A DNA stretch of 56,109 nt, taken from the NCBI GenBank assembly GCA_964396205.1, contig CAYNEJ010000003.1:1-56109 (forward strand). The letters run 5' to 3'. A program made the translations under genes and the position numbers. The notes under the pieces were generated by a model. The model did no database searches and was not told the origin of the DNA. It was given only the letters and a program-made list of their open reading frames with translations. This DNA is from an uncultured Syntrophaceae bacterium (GTDB lineage Bacteria > Desulfobacterota > Syntrophia > Syntrophales > PHBD01). This document shows positions 45,006-54,983 of the stretch, piece after piece (the stretch's first letter is position 1; each line of letters opens with the position of its first letter).

Positions 45006-45451
45006 GGGATATTCCTCGGTCGGTATGACGAATATCATGGTCAGCCGGTATATTCTTGCCCCGTTCCGCGTACCTATAGCAGATTTGTTTGAAATTTGAA
45101 TACTGCTCTTTGAAATGAAATCCGGGGATCCCGAAAGCGGCGGACAACGGTCTCTGCACACATAGGATAAGACGGACGGGTTGTCTCCGCCGTTGCCCTT
45201 CCATGGGGTTTGTTTTGCACGGCAGAGAATATCAAGTGCTTGTGATCTCGTGTCGAGATTCGTTGCGGATGATGCAAAGCAGAGCCGCTCTCTTCATTAA
45301 CCGGATGATTTCCCGGCGCACTTGTGTATAATCCCTTCCCGCTGCCGAGCTCGACTCCGGCAGTTTGAATCTGTATGGATATTGCCGGCCCTGAAAGGAT
45401 GAACGTCATGGCGTGTGCTGCAGGTCGGACGACCCTGTGGATGGAGGTCCC

Positions 45452-46180
45452 GTGAGCGGAAAACGTCCGATTCTTTCCGCTCCGGATCCGGAGCGGGTTT
45501 CCCGGGTCCGGGAGATGTTCGGGGACATCGAGGGCCGCTACGATTTCCTGAACCGCCTGCTCAGCCTCCGCCGCGACGTGGCCTGGCGGCGCTTCACCGT
45601 TCGCCGGATGAGGTTCCATCGGACGGGGCGCTTCCTCGACGTGGCCACGGGGACAGCCGACCTGGCCGTCGAGGCGGTGAGGCACCACCGGGAGATCCAG
45701 GCGACAGGCCTGGATTTCGTCCCCGGGATGATCGAGGGCGCCCGGCACAAGGTCGGCGAGGCCGGGCGGATCCGGCTGCTCCTGGGAGACGCCCTGAACC
45801 TGCCCTTCGCCGACGGGTCTTTCGACGTCGCCGCCGTGGCCTTCGGGATCCGTAACATGCCCGACCGGCTCGGAGCCCTCCGGGAGATGGCCCGGGTGGT
45901 CGTGCCGGGCGGACAGGTCATGGTCCTGGAGATGCACCTGCCGGAGATCCCCGTCATCCGTCCCTGCTACCGGTTCTATCTCTGCGGGATCCTGCCCCGC
46001 CTCGCCGGCGCCCTGTCGGGCAACCGGGAGGCCTACCAGTACCTCTCCGAGTCCATCGTGGCCTTTCCCTCGCCGCGCATCTTTTCCGACATGATGCGGA
46101 GCGCCGGCCTGGAGGCGGTGGAGTGCCACTCCCTGACCCTCGGCGTGACCTGCCTTCACGTCGGCCGAAAGCCGGATTGA
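45452..46180 (+). CDS. ubiE: demethylmenaquinone / ubiquinone biosynthesis C-methyltransferase
   Basis: FGDIEGRYDFLNRLLSLRRDVAWRR and SAM motif LDVATGTADL. GTG 45452 with a GGAGG SD is preferred over 45413. Confidence 0.8.
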   Translation: MSGKRPILSAPDPERVSRVREMFGDIEGRYDFLNRLLSLRRDVAWRRFTVRRMRFHRTGRFLDVATGTADLAVEAVRHHREIQATGLDFVPGMIEGARHKVGEAGRIRLLLGDALNLPFADGSFDVAAVAFGIRNMPDRLGALREMARVVVPGGQVMVLEMHLPEIPVIRPCYRFYLCGILPRLAGALSGNREAYQYLSESIVAFPSPRIFSDMMRSAGLEAVECHSLTLGVTCLHVGRKPD

Positions 46181-46242
46181 TAAACGAATCTCCCGGATCC
46201 GCCGGATGGATAGGAAGGATTGCTCTTATTTGTTTTATTGAT

Positions 46243-46269
46243 TTGACATATAGCGAATCATCATATATC
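46243..46269 (+). promoter_or_regulatory. possible sigma70-like promoter upstream of yedF
   Basis: TTGACA at 46243-46248, then TATATC-like -10 candidates at 46262-46271 with 15-17 nt spacing. The only AT-rich patch in the gap. Confidence 0.3.
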
Positions 46270-46438
46270 CCGCCTTTCGTGACCAGCTGAAAAAGCCATA
46301 CAAAGAAGGTCCGACAGATTCCCGGCCTGTTCCTCCGCGGGTTGGGAAGAAAGGCTGCACCCTGCCGGAGGGAATCCGTTTTCAGCGGGAGGCACGCGAC
46401 CGGGAAGGGCGAACCGGGCGGTGCAGGAAGGAGACGCC

Positions 46439-47044
46439 ATGCGCGAAATCGTCGATGCCAGGGGCCTGGCGTGCCCCCAGCCGGTGATCCTGGCCCGGAA
46501 GGCCCTGGAAAAAAATGAGCGGATCGTGGTGATCGTGGACAATCCCACGGCGATGGAGAACATCCGCCGCCTCGGGGCGAAGGCGGGCTGCGAGATGGTC
46601 GTGGAGGAGAAGGGCGGCGGGATCGTCCACATCCACCTGACCCGCGGCGCATCGCCGCCGGCCGCACAGGAGGACCCGGAGCCGCTTGCCGTCTGCACGC
46701 CTGCGGCCGGCGGCCCCTATATCGTGGCCCTTCCGGAAAACCGGATGGGGCGGGGGAACGAGGCCCTGGGGGAGATTCTGATCCAGTCCTTCATTCACAC
46801 CCTGACCCAGCTCGACCCGCTGCCGGAGAAGGTCATCTGCTACAACACGGGGGTCCTGCTGGCCCTCGACGACTCCCCGGCTCTCGATGGCCTGCGCCGG
46901 CTCAAGGACGCCGGCGTGGAGGTCCTCGTGTGCGGGACGTGCCTCAATTTCTTCAACGTCACGGACCGCCTGTCCGTCGGATCGGTTTCCAACATGTACG
47001 AGATCGCCTCATCCATGGCGGCGGCCCGGGTGGTCTCGCCGTGA
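46439..47044 (+). CDS. yedF: YedF-type selenium/sulfur metabolism protein (TusA/SirA-like N-domain plus DsrE-like C-domain)
   Basis: MREIVDARGLACPQPV (TusA CPxP motif), then a DsrE/F-like domain ending VLVCGTCLNFF. AGGAAGGAGA SD. Confidence 0.75.
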   Translation: MREIVDARGLACPQPVILARKALEKNERIVVIVDNPTAMENIRRLGAKAGCEMVVEEKGGGIVHIHLTRGASPPAAQEDPEPLAVCTPAAGGPYIVALPENRMGRGNEALGEILIQSFIHTLTQLDPLPEKVICYNTGVLLALDDSPALDGLRRLKDAGVEVLVCGTCLNFFNVTDRLSVGSVSNMYEIASSMAAARVVSP

Positions 47045-47271
47045 CGGAGAACGTCGAGACCTGGTGGGTGGTCCTCTTCGACTCCGTCCACCATGCCGTC
47101 CAGGCGGAGAAGATTCTGAAGGAGGAGGGGGTGCCCTTCAAACTTGTCCCGGTTCCCCGGCACATCAGTTCGGACTGCGGCGTCTGCATCCGCTTCTCCG
47201 GCGGAGACCGGCCCCGCGTCACCGAAATCCTGGACCGTCGCGGCACCTATCGTGAAATCCGCCCTCTCTGA
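47041..47271 (+). CDS. DUF3343-family small protein (putative Se/S carrier)
   Basis: GTG overlaps the yedF stop (GTGA). WWVVLFDSVHHAVQAEKILKEEGVPFKLVPVPRHISSDCGVCIRF matches the DUF3343 pattern usually found next to yedF/selD. Confidence 0.65.
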   Translation: MTENVETWWVVLFDSVHHAVQAEKILKEEGVPFKLVPVPRHISSDCGVCIRFSGGDRPRVTEILDRRGTYREIRPL

Positions 47272-47289
47272 CGACTGGGAGACAGGATC

Positions 47290-48261
47290 ATGACCAACAG
47301 ACAGGATTTCTCGCGCAGCATCACGTTCCAGCACCTGGAGGCCCTGACGGCCCTGGCGGACACGGGGAGCTTCTCCCGGGCGGCCCGGCGGCTCCACCTC
47401 TCCCAGCCATCCCTGACGCGGCATATCCAGAATCTGGAGGAGCTGGCGGGCATGCCGCTATTGGTGCGGCAGCGGGAGGGGGGTATTCTCACCGCGGAAG
47501 GCCGCCTGCTGTGCGATTCTGCCCGGCAGATTCTCCGTCTCCGCGAGGATGCGTGGGACAGGATCGCCAACAGCCGCGGCACCGGGACGGGGCGCATCCA
47601 GATCGCCGCGAGCACGATCCCGGCCACGTATATCCTGCCGGGGGTGATCGCCGCCTGGAATCGCCTCCACCCGGGCATTGCGGTCAACGTCCGGACCCAC
47701 GACAGCGACGAGACCCTGCAGGCGGTGCTTCACGACCAGGCAGAGATGGGGCTGATCGGGAAGAACACGGTCCACCGCGGCGTTGTCTCGGTTCCCCTGT
47801 GGAGCGACCGCATCGTCCTCGTGGTGCCTCCGGACCATCCCTGGGCCGGGGAAAAGGAGCTTCTACCGGCGCGGCTGGCGGAATCCTCTTTCATCGCGAG
47901 AGAGCGAGGCTCGGCGACCCGGGCGACCCTGGAGGCCTATCTTCGGGCGGAGACCGGCCTGGATTCCTCCTCGATCCATGTCATATGCCAAGTGGGGAGC
48001 TCCGAGGCCGTCAAGGAGGCCGTCCTGGCGGGGGTGGGGCCGGCGTTCCTGTCCATTCATGCCGTCCGGAGGGAAGTGGAGGCGGGAAGCCTTTGCATCG
48101 TACCGGTGGGCGACTGGAACATCGAGCGCTCCTTTTTCCTGGTTCACAGGAAGAGCTTCCGGTTCAAGCCCCACCACGGCCTGTTCATGGACTACCTGAA
48201 AGCGTATCGGACGGAGGGCGGCCTGGGTCAGATGCAGAGTTCCACGATGTCGCCGTCCTGA
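47290..48261 (+). CDS. LysR-family transcriptional regulator
   Basis: N-terminal wHTH (FQHLEALTALADTGSFSRAARRLHLSQPSLTRHIQNLE) plus a substrate-binding domain. Confidence 0.85.
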   Translation: MTNRQDFSRSITFQHLEALTALADTGSFSRAARRLHLSQPSLTRHIQNLEELAGMPLLVRQREGGILTAEGRLLCDSARQILRLREDAWDRIANSRGTGTGRIQIAASTIPATYILPGVIAAWNRLHPGIAVNVRTHDSDETLQAVLHDQAEMGLIGKNTVHRGVVSVPLWSDRIVLVVPPDHPWAGEKELLPARLAESSFIARERGSATRATLEAYLRAETGLDSSSIHVICQVGSSEAVKEAVLAGVGPAFLSIHAVRREVEAGSLCIVPVGDWNIERSFFLVHRKSFRFKPHHGLFMDYLKAYRTEGGLGQMQSSTMSPS

Positions 48262-49214
48262 AGCACATAGTCGCGCTGGACCATCCGGCCGTCCCGGACG
48301 GCCCGACCCCAGATCCGGGCATACCGGAGCTTCGCCACGAAATCCTTGTGGATCATCTCCGCCATTTCCTCGATGGTACAGCCCTCGGGGATCACGAAGG
48401 GGGCCGTCATGTCCGGCTCCTTCCCCGGCCGCCGGGTGTAAACCCGGACCACGCGAGACATCCCGTAGAGCCGCTCCAGGAAGGCCATGAGGTTCCGTCC
48501 CGTCTTCGTCGAGATTCCCATGGCGGGGATCTTCACCTCCGACAGCTCCAGAAACGTTTCATAGTCCGCCTCGTGCTCCGGCCGGTCCGTCTTGTTGACC
48601 GCCACGAGCATCGTCTTGACGAAGGGGATCTTCTTCAGGTCCGGCGGGAGCGGGCAGCCCTCCGGGAAGACGCGGAATCCCGTGAGGACGGCGAGGGTCT
48701 CCTCCCATTGGGTCAGCGGGTCCGCCTGGAGGTCCAGGAGGACGACGACGATGTCGCATCGACGGAGCAGGTCCCCCAACTCCGGGTCGGTGTATTCGGG
48801 GGTGACCGGCGGCGTGTCGATGAGCTGGATCTGGACGTTCTCGTAGGGGGCCATGCCCGGGGTGGGCCGGTGGGTCGTGTGGGGGAAGTCGCCCACCTCC
48901 GCCGTCGCCTTGGTCAGCCGGTTGAGGAGGGAGGACTTGCCGGTGTTGGGCATTCCCACAAGGATGACCTGGGCGATCCCCTCGCGCTCGATGCTGTAGG
49001 GGGTCTTCGCCTTCGCTCCCCCGGATTTCTTCTGTCCCTGCTCCTTCAGCCTGGAGATCCGCTCCCGGAGCATCGCCTTGAGCTTGTCGGTGCCCTTGTG
49101 CTTGGGCATGATGGCGAGCATCTCCTCCAGGGCCTCGATCTTGGCCGCGGGGGTCCGGGCCTCCCGGAAGCGCTGCTCTGCCTCGAAGTACTGGGGCGGT
49201 AGGTTGGCCGGCAT
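48228..49214 (-). CDS. OBG/DRG-like GTPase with C-terminal TGS domain
   Basis: G1 GMPNTGKSS, G3 DTPP, G4 NKTD, C-terminal TGS (DGDIVEL). Start at ATG 49214 (MPANLPPQYF) preferred over GTG 49262. Confidence 0.75.
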   Translation of the reverse strand: MPANLPPQYFEAEQRFREARTPAAKIEALEEMLAIMPKHKGTDKLKAMLRERISRLKEQGQKKSGGAKAKTPYSIEREGIAQVILVGMPNTGKSSLLNRLTKATAEVGDFPHTTHRPTPGMAPYENVQIQLIDTPPVTPEYTDPELGDLLRRCDIVVVLLDLQADPLTQWEETLAVLTGFRVFPEGCPLPPDLKKIPFVKTMLVAVNKTDRPEHEADYETFLELSEVKIPAMGISTKTGRNLMAFLERLYGMSRVVRVYTRRPGKEPDMTAPFVIPEGCTIEEMAEMIHKDFVAKLRYARIWGRAVRDGRMVQRDYVLQDGDIVELCI

Positions 49215-49359
49215 CGTCGCTCGATGGATAACGGGGAGTATCGGTTTGTGGATCGCCGTCACGGCGATCTCGTCACAAGTTCACCCTTCCGTGTTCTTTT
49301 CCGTCATGCCTTCCGGGGTTCTCTCCTGAAGCTCTTCGCGTCATTGGGTTCCGGACGGC

Positions 49360-50187
49360 TCAAAAGGACAGCCTCTCCCCCGGGGCGGGAAGCCTGATTT
49401 CCAGGTTGGGTCGGATCCTTTTCAATCTCCCGGTGAGGCCGTGGATATCCGCCGAGCGGATCATCCGGAAATCCCGTCCCGGAGTGAGGGGGAGCGAGAA
49501 GTCGTCGTAATGGATCGGCACGATGCAGGAAGGCCGGACGATCCCGACGATCCGCTCGGGGTATCCCGGCCGGCTCTTCCAGCCGGCCGCACAAAGAAAG
49601 AGCACGTCGCAGGTGTGCCCCGCAAGCTCCCCTTCCAGGAAGCCCGCGCTCCCGATGTGCAGGAACGTGATCCCGCCCATCTCCACCTTTACCGAGTGCA
49701 TGGCTCCCAGCCGGTACCGGTTGGCTCGCAGCGGGGGTTTCCATGCCCGGTCGATCTCCCCCTCCAGGAGAAGCAGCCGGGAGAGGACCAGCCCGTGCAG
49801 CGACGGAATCATGGTGACGGTGATCCCGTCGCCGGCGGGCGTTCTCTCCTGCGGTCGGCAGACGGTCACGCGGCCCGGCAGGCCGGAAATGTCCAGGAGT
49901 GCGTCCAGGCTGGCGCTGCCGAGGATCGCCGCCTGGGTCCGTCCGGCCAGCGCCGGGATGTCCAGGGCATGGTCGAAGTGGGTGTGCCCCACCAGAACGG
50001 CCCGGACCACTCCGTCCAGGCTGTCGGTGTACGACTCGACGGAAGCGCGGTCCGCTTCGAGGGGGCGCAGGAAGATGGAAAATTTCGAAGCCCTCGTGAC
50101 ATAGGGATCGATCAGCACGATTCCGCCGTCCAGGGAGAGTTCGATGTGGGCTGTGCCCATCCAGCGTCCGGCAACCGGCATGGCCAT
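49360..50187 (-). CDS. MBL-fold metallo-hydrolase
   Basis: HTHFDH motif. Start at ATG 50187 with a GGAAGGGGAAGG SD, within ORF 49360-50316. Confidence 0.7.
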   Translation of the reverse strand: MAMPVAGRWMGTAHIELSLDGGIVLIDPYVTRASKFSIFLRPLEADRASVESYTDSLDGVVRAVLVGHTHFDHALDIPALAGRTQAAILGSASLDALLDISGLPGRVTVCRPQERTPAGDGITVTMIPSLHGLVLSRLLLLEGEIDRAWKPPLRANRYRLGAMHSVKVEMGGITFLHIGSAGFLEGELAGHTCDVLFLCAAGWKSRPGYPERIVGIVRPSCIVPIHYDDFSLPLTPGRDFRMIRSADIHGLTGRLKRIRPNLEIRLPAPGERLSF

Positions 50188-50584
50188 CCTTCCCCTTCCG
50201 GCGGGTCGACCTTCCCCGGGGGACGGCAAGTGATATCCCGGCGAAAAAGAAGCCTGTTTACGGGTTCTGCGTCCCCAGCGTCCCGAGGGCGTCCTCCACC
50301 ATGGAACGCTCCCCATCGATATCGGCAGAACCCGCCTCTATCAGTTTTCGGATATGGAGACAACCCTCGTTCGTCCTGCATTCCCCTCGGACAGATCGGC
50401 GGACGGAGCCGAACCTACTGGAATAAGGAGGTATTTTTCTATGACACCGTCCATCCTGCCGCTCCTGCGCTCGACAAGCCGGCCTTGACTTTGCCATCGC
50501 CCGGCGGTAGCCTTTCGGGCAATCCGTCAGGCAACAGGAATCGCCTGATTGCTGTCGAGAAACAGGAAAGGAGAATGTCAAAAA

Positions 50585-50887
50585 ATGCGTACCTGGAAGA
50601 AACTGGGCGTTTACGCCTGCGCGGTTATGTTCCTCTGCGCCGCGTTCGGGACGGCCGTTACCGCCGGCGGGCCGCCGCTGAAGGACAACGTGTGCGGCTC
50701 TTGCCACAAGGATTACAACAAGATCATGCCCAAACAGCATCCTGACGTGGGCAAAGGAGAACCTTGCCTGACCTGCCATGCCCCGGACCCGGCCAAGAGC
50801 GAACCGACAAAGTTCTCAACGGGCGTCCACAAGGTGCACCAGAACGGAAAGGCAAAACTGGAATGCGCGGCGTGTCACGCGCTTTGA
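50585..50887 (+). CDS. small periplasmic triheme c-type cytochrome (c7/PpcA-like size class)
   Basis: AAAGGAGA SD, signal peptide, three CxxCH motifs (CGSCH, CLTCH, CAACH) plus three further His in about 75 mature residues. Confidence 0.75.
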   Translation: MRTWKKLGVYACAVMFLCAAFGTAVTAGGPPLKDNVCGSCHKDYNKIMPKQHPDVGKGEPCLTCHAPDPAKSEPTKFSTGVHKVHQNGKAKLECAACHAL

Positions 50888-50916
50888 GCAAGGGATGGAA
50901 ATCCTGATGCCAGGAA

Positions 50917-50946
50917 GGGGCCGGCTCGACGATCGGCCCCTTTTTG
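50917..50946 (+). terminator. rho-independent terminator after the cytochrome gene
   Basis: GGGGCCG-GCTCGACGAT-CGGCCCC followed by TTTTTG. Confidence 0.6.
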
Positions 50947-51265
50947 TATATCGGCAATGACACCTGATGCCCTGCCCGGCGTGCGGCCGGCGGCTTCACA
51001 ACCCGTTCGCCTCTCATGGATTCCATGTGTCCGCTGACCGCTGCCGCGGGAGCGGCGGGCGGCGTGTTCCTGCCGATTCCCGGTTCCCGCTTCCCGTGCC
51101 GGCCTAGGCAGGAAATGCGGTCCGGATCCCCTTTTCCCTTTGAATTTATCGCCCTGTTCCTGTACGCAGAGCCTGTCGGCTTCCCTTGCTGATCCACGGG
51201 AGGGGCTGTCCGGTCCGTCCGGGGCGCCTCCGTTTTTACAAAAACGAAAGGAGGACAGAGATTCC

Positions 51266-52276
51266 ATGAAACGAATGGCGTTGATCCTGCTGTCCCTGGC
51301 CATGGTTGCGTTCATGGCCGGGTGTGGAGGGGGCGAAAAGCCTGCGGCTACCGGGAAGGGTGAGGCCAAGATGGAGTTGAAGCTGGCCTCCATGACCCCC
51401 ACGAGCCACACCTATAACCTGGGTGCGGCGAAGTTCGCCGAGCTGGTCAAGCAGCGCTCGAACGGTCGCATCGACATCAAGATCTATCCCGACGGACAAC
51501 TCGGGAAGGGAGAGCGGGAACTCCTGGAGGCGATTCAGCAGGGAACCATTGACGCCTACGTGGGCTCCACGGCACCCCTGAGCGGATTCAGTGCACCCAT
51601 GGGCATCCTGGACCTGCCTTTTCTCTTCCGCGATTATGCCCATGTGGACATGGTCCTTGACGGGACCGTCGGTCGCCAGCTCATGGACGAGATCGAAAAG
51701 GCCGGCATGAAGGGCCTGGCTTTCTGGGAGAACGGCTTCCGGAACCTGACGAACTCGAAGCGGGCCGTCAAGGTGCCGGCGGATGCGAAGGGGCTGAAGA
51801 TCCGGACCCAGGAGAACAAGATCCACATCGCCGCCTGGAAGGCCGTCGGCGTCAACGCCGTTCCCATGGCCTGGGGCGAGGTTTACGGCGCCCTTCAGCA
51901 GAAGGCGATTGACGGGCAGGAAAACCCCATCGCGGTCATTCATTCCGTCAAGCTCAACGAGGTGCAGAAGTACCTGACCCTGAGCCAGCACGTGTACTCC
52001 CCGGCGATGATCCTCTTCAGCCTGAAGAAATGGCAGACCTTCTCCAGGGAGGACCAGGACCTGCTCCTGAAGGCGGCCCTGGAGACGGCGGCGTACCAGC
52101 GGAAACTGGGCCGCGACAACGAGGAGAAACAGATCGCCGATCTGGCCTCCAGGGGCATGACGGTGACGAAGGACGTGGACAAGGAGACCTGGCGGAAGGC
52201 CATGAGGCCGGCCCTGGAAGAGTTCATTCCCCAATTCGGCAAGGACCGGGTGGATGCCATCCAGGCCGTGAAATAG
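51266..52276 (+). CDS. dctP: TRAP transporter substrate-binding protein (DctP family, lipoprotein)
   Basis: Lipobox FMAGC. DctP-family body (LPFLFRDYAHVD, FWENGFRNLTN). AAAGGAGGA SD. Confidence 0.85.
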   Translation: MKRMALILLSLAMVAFMAGCGGGEKPAATGKGEAKMELKLASMTPTSHTYNLGAAKFAELVKQRSNGRIDIKIYPDGQLGKGERELLEAIQQGTIDAYVGSTAPLSGFSAPMGILDLPFLFRDYAHVDMVLDGTVGRQLMDEIEKAGMKGLAFWENGFRNLTNSKRAVKVPADAKGLKIRTQENKIHIAAWKAVGVNAVPMAWGEVYGALQQKAIDGQENPIAVIHSVKLNEVQKYLTLSQHVYSPAMILFSLKKWQTFSREDQDLLLKAALETAAYQRKLGRDNEEKQIADLASRGMTVTKDVDKETWRKAMRPALEEFIPQFGKDRVDAIQAVK

Positions 52277-52293
52277 CGGGATCGGAGTCTTCC

Positions 52294-52779
52294 TTGTCTG
52301 TCCTGGAAAGGCTGAACGGATGGCTCGCCCGGATGGCGGAGGCGTTCCTCATCGGGTTCATGGCGGTCATTGCCGTCATTGTTCCCTACGAGGTCTTCGG
52401 CCGCTACATACTGGGGGAGATGCCCTCCTGGTCGGGCGAGGCCGCGACCTTCGCCCTGGTCTGGGTCAGCATGATGGGCGGTGCCGCCGGCCTCCGGCGG
52501 GGCTACCGCATCGGCATCACCATTCTCTACGGGAAGCTGCCCCCCGGGGCCGCCCGGGTCGTGCGCATCGCCGCGGACATCCTGGTTCTGGGGTTTTTCC
52601 TGGTGATGGCCGTCTACGGCCTCCAGCAGACGCTGGTCAACGTCCGGCAGACGTCACCGGCCATGGGGCTTCCCATGGCCGTTCCCTATGCGGCCCTGCC
52701 GGTAGGCTTCGCAATGATGTTCCTCTTCACCCTGGAGGAGACGATCCGACTCCTCCAGGGTGCCTCCCGGGAGGGCTGA
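52294..52779 (+). CDS. dctQ: TRAP transporter small permease (DctQ family)
   Basis: About 160 aa with 4 TM helices between dctP and dctM. Start uncertain (TTG 52294 or ATG 52333). Confidence 0.7.
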   Translation: MSVLERLNGWLARMAEAFLIGFMAVIAVIVPYEVFGRYILGEMPSWSGEAATFALVWVSMMGGAAGLRRGYRIGITILYGKLPPGAARVVRIAADILVLGFFLVMAVYGLQQTLVNVRQTSPAMGLPMAVPYAALPVGFAMMFLFTLEETIRLLQGASREG

Positions 52780-52782
52780 CCC

Positions 52783-54069
52783 GTGCTGGCGGCCTTCCTG
52801 CTCCTCTTCGTCCTCCTGATCGTTCTCGGTGTTCCCATCGCCGTGGCTCTCGGCGGGTCCGCGCTGGGATACGTGCTGTTTCAGGACGGCCTGTCGCTCA
52901 CGCTTCTTGTCCAGACGGCCTTCGCCGGGATGTCGTCTTTTCCCCTTCTGGCCATCCCCCTGTTCATGCTGGCGGGAAACCTGATGAACGAGGGGGGGAT
53001 CACGGAGGACCTGGTCCGCTTCGCTCGCCTGGCCATGGGCCACGTGAGCGGCGGCCTCGGTCTGGCCACGATCCTGGCCAGTGCCATCTTTGCCGCCATA
53101 TCCGGCTCCGCCGTGGCGACGGCGGTGGCCATCGGGGCCGTCATGCTGCCGGCCATGCATGCCGCCGGGTACGACGATGATGTCTCCGCCGCCGTGACGG
53201 CAACGGCATCCTGCATGGGACCCGTCATTCCGCCCAGCATTCCGTTCATCATCTACGGCGTTCTCGCCAACGTCTCCATCGCCTCCCTGTTCCTGGCGGG
53301 GATCCTGCCGGGGATGATCCTGGGGCTGGCCCTGATGGGCTACATGGTCCTGACGGCCAGGCGGCGGGGATACCCTTTCGGGGAGCGCACGGAGATCCGG
53401 GAACTGGCGAAGGGAACCGTCCGGGCTCTTCCGGCCCTGCTGATGCCGTTCCTCATCGTGGGCGGAATCCTTTGCGGCGTCTTTACGCCCACGGAAGCCG
53501 CCGGGGTGGCGGTGGTCTATGCCCTGTTCGCGGGATTGCTCTTTTACCGGAAGATCCGGTTCCGCCGCCTTCCCGCGGTGCTCCTGGCGGCGGGCCTGGA
53601 GACGGCGGTGGTGATGCTTCTCCTTGGCCTGTCGGAGCCCTTTGCCTGGGTTGTGGCGGTGGAGCAGGTTCCTTTGAAAGCCGTCGATTTCCTGGCGGAG
53701 TGGAGTACGTCACCGGTGGTGTTCCTGCTCCTGGTGAACCTGTTCCTCATCTTCGTCGGGATTCCCATGGAAACGGCGCCGGCCCTGACCATCGTCACGC
53801 CGGTCCTGGCGCCCATGGCCGAGCGGATGGGGATCGACCCCATCCATTTCGGTGTCATCGTCTGTTTCAATCTCGTCCTGGGGCTCATCACGCCCCCGGT
53901 CGGAGGCGTCCTGTTCTCCATCTGCAGCATCTCGGGCCTTTCCCTGGAACGACTGAGCCGGGCCATCTGGATTCCATTTGTGATTGCCGTGGCGGTCCTT
54001 CTCCTGGTTACCTTCATTCCCGCCCTGAGCACGATGATTCCGTCGGCGTTTCTTGTGGGGAGACCCTAG
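52783..54069 (+). CDS. dctM: TRAP transporter large permease (DctM family)
   Basis: 428 aa polytopic protein with DctM-type segments (FMLAGNLMNEGGIT, ISGSAVATAVAIG). GTG start 1 nt after the dctQ stop. Confidence 0.9.
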   Translation: MLAAFLLLFVLLIVLGVPIAVALGGSALGYVLFQDGLSLTLLVQTAFAGMSSFPLLAIPLFMLAGNLMNEGGITEDLVRFARLAMGHVSGGLGLATILASAIFAAISGSAVATAVAIGAVMLPAMHAAGYDDDVSAAVTATASCMGPVIPPSIPFIIYGVLANVSIASLFLAGILPGMILGLALMGYMVLTARRRGYPFGERTEIRELAKGTVRALPALLMPFLIVGGILCGVFTPTEAAGVAVVYALFAGLLFYRKIRFRRLPAVLLAAGLETAVVMLLLGLSEPFAWVVAVEQVPLKAVDFLAEWSTSPVVFLLLVNLFLIFVGIPMETAPALTIVTPVLAPMAERMGIDPIHFGVIVCFNLVLGLITPPVGGVLFSICSISGLSLERLSRAIWIPFVIAVAVLLLVTFIPALSTMIPSAFLVGRP

Positions 54070-54983
54070 CGACCGGCACCTCGGGCGCGGGTTTTGTAAA
54101 ACCGCAGGGGGATAATGACGGCGAAGTAGGGGATGAGGTACATCGCCGCCACGGTCGGCTCCAGGGGGCCGAAGAACCGGGAGGCGAAGACGATGACCAG
54201 GACGTTGTTGATGTTGCCGGCGGCGACGGCCCCGGCGATCCGGTCCTCGACGGGGCCCTTCCGGAAGAGAAGGCATCCCGGCACGGCGAAGAGGCCGCAC
54301 AGGAGAGTCGCCACCGCCGTCGCTTCGATCAGGAGGACCGGCTCCCGGCGGAAGAAGTCGGCGTACTGTGAAAAGACCCCCAGGTTGATCACGGCGAACA
54401 GCACCAGCGAGATCGGGTAGTTCAGCTTCATGAGCGGCGGCAGAGCCCGGGGGGCAAAGCGCCGGAGAATCTCCACGGCGATGATGGGGATGAGGATCAC
54501 CGTGGCGAGCATGCGGATCATGCCCGCAAAGGAAAGCGCCACGGTCTGCCCCAGGAATATCTCCACCAGGAGAGGAAGCGTCAGGGGAACCAGCGGCGAC
54601 GTCACCACGACCATGACCATGACGAGGGCGCTGTTTCCTCCCACCACGTTGGAGATGAAAGGGGCCGTGACGCCCGTGGAGACGGCGGCCAGGAGGAGTG
54701 CCGACGGGGCATAGGCCGGGGCCAGGAAAAGGAAAAGGAAGTAGATCGCCGCAGGCAGGAGCAAGAGCTTGAAGAGGGTGAACAGGGCGACCGTGCCGAC
54801 CGACCGCTTCAGGAGAGTCCCGATCTCATCCAACTGCACCGTGAGGAAGCTCAGGAAGAAGAGGACCATCAGGAACTGCTGGGGATAGGGCTGAAACGCC
54901 TCTCCAAGGCGGGGGAAGAGGACAGCCGCCAGGATGGAGGCATAGACGACCAGGAGAAGGAAGTAGTCCTTAGCGCGCAGCAT
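54066..54983 (-). CDS. bile acid:sodium symporter (BASS/ACR3-like) family permease
   Basis: About 305 aa, about 9-10 TM helices, with BASS-like segments (AAVSTGVTAPFISNVVGGN, AVAAGNINNVLVIVFA). Start at ATG 54983 preferred within ORF 54066-55019. Confidence 0.65.
   Translation of the reverse strand: MLRAKDYFLLLVVYASILAAVLFPRLGEAFQPYPQQFLMVLFFLSFLTVQLDEIGTLLKRSVGTVALFTLFKLLLLPAAIYFLFLFLAPAYAPSALLLAAVSTGVTAPFISNVVGGNSALVMVMVVVTSPLVPLTLPLLVEIFLGQTVALSFAGMIRMLATVILIPIIAVEILRRFAPRALPPLMKLNYPISLVLFAVINLGVFSQYADFFRREPVLLIEATAVATLLCGLFAVPGCLLFRKGPVEDRIAGAVAAGNINNVLVIVFASRFFGPLEPTVAAMYLIPYFAVIIPLRFYKTRARGAGR

Noticed and set aside
46272-46438. The yedF leader of about 170 nt as a riboswitch (Moco, SAM and similar were considered).
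   Set aside because: Several short stems can be drawn (CCUCCGC/GCGGGAGG, CGGA/UCCG), but I could not match any riboswitch consensus from memory. It needs an Rfam covariance scan before any claim.
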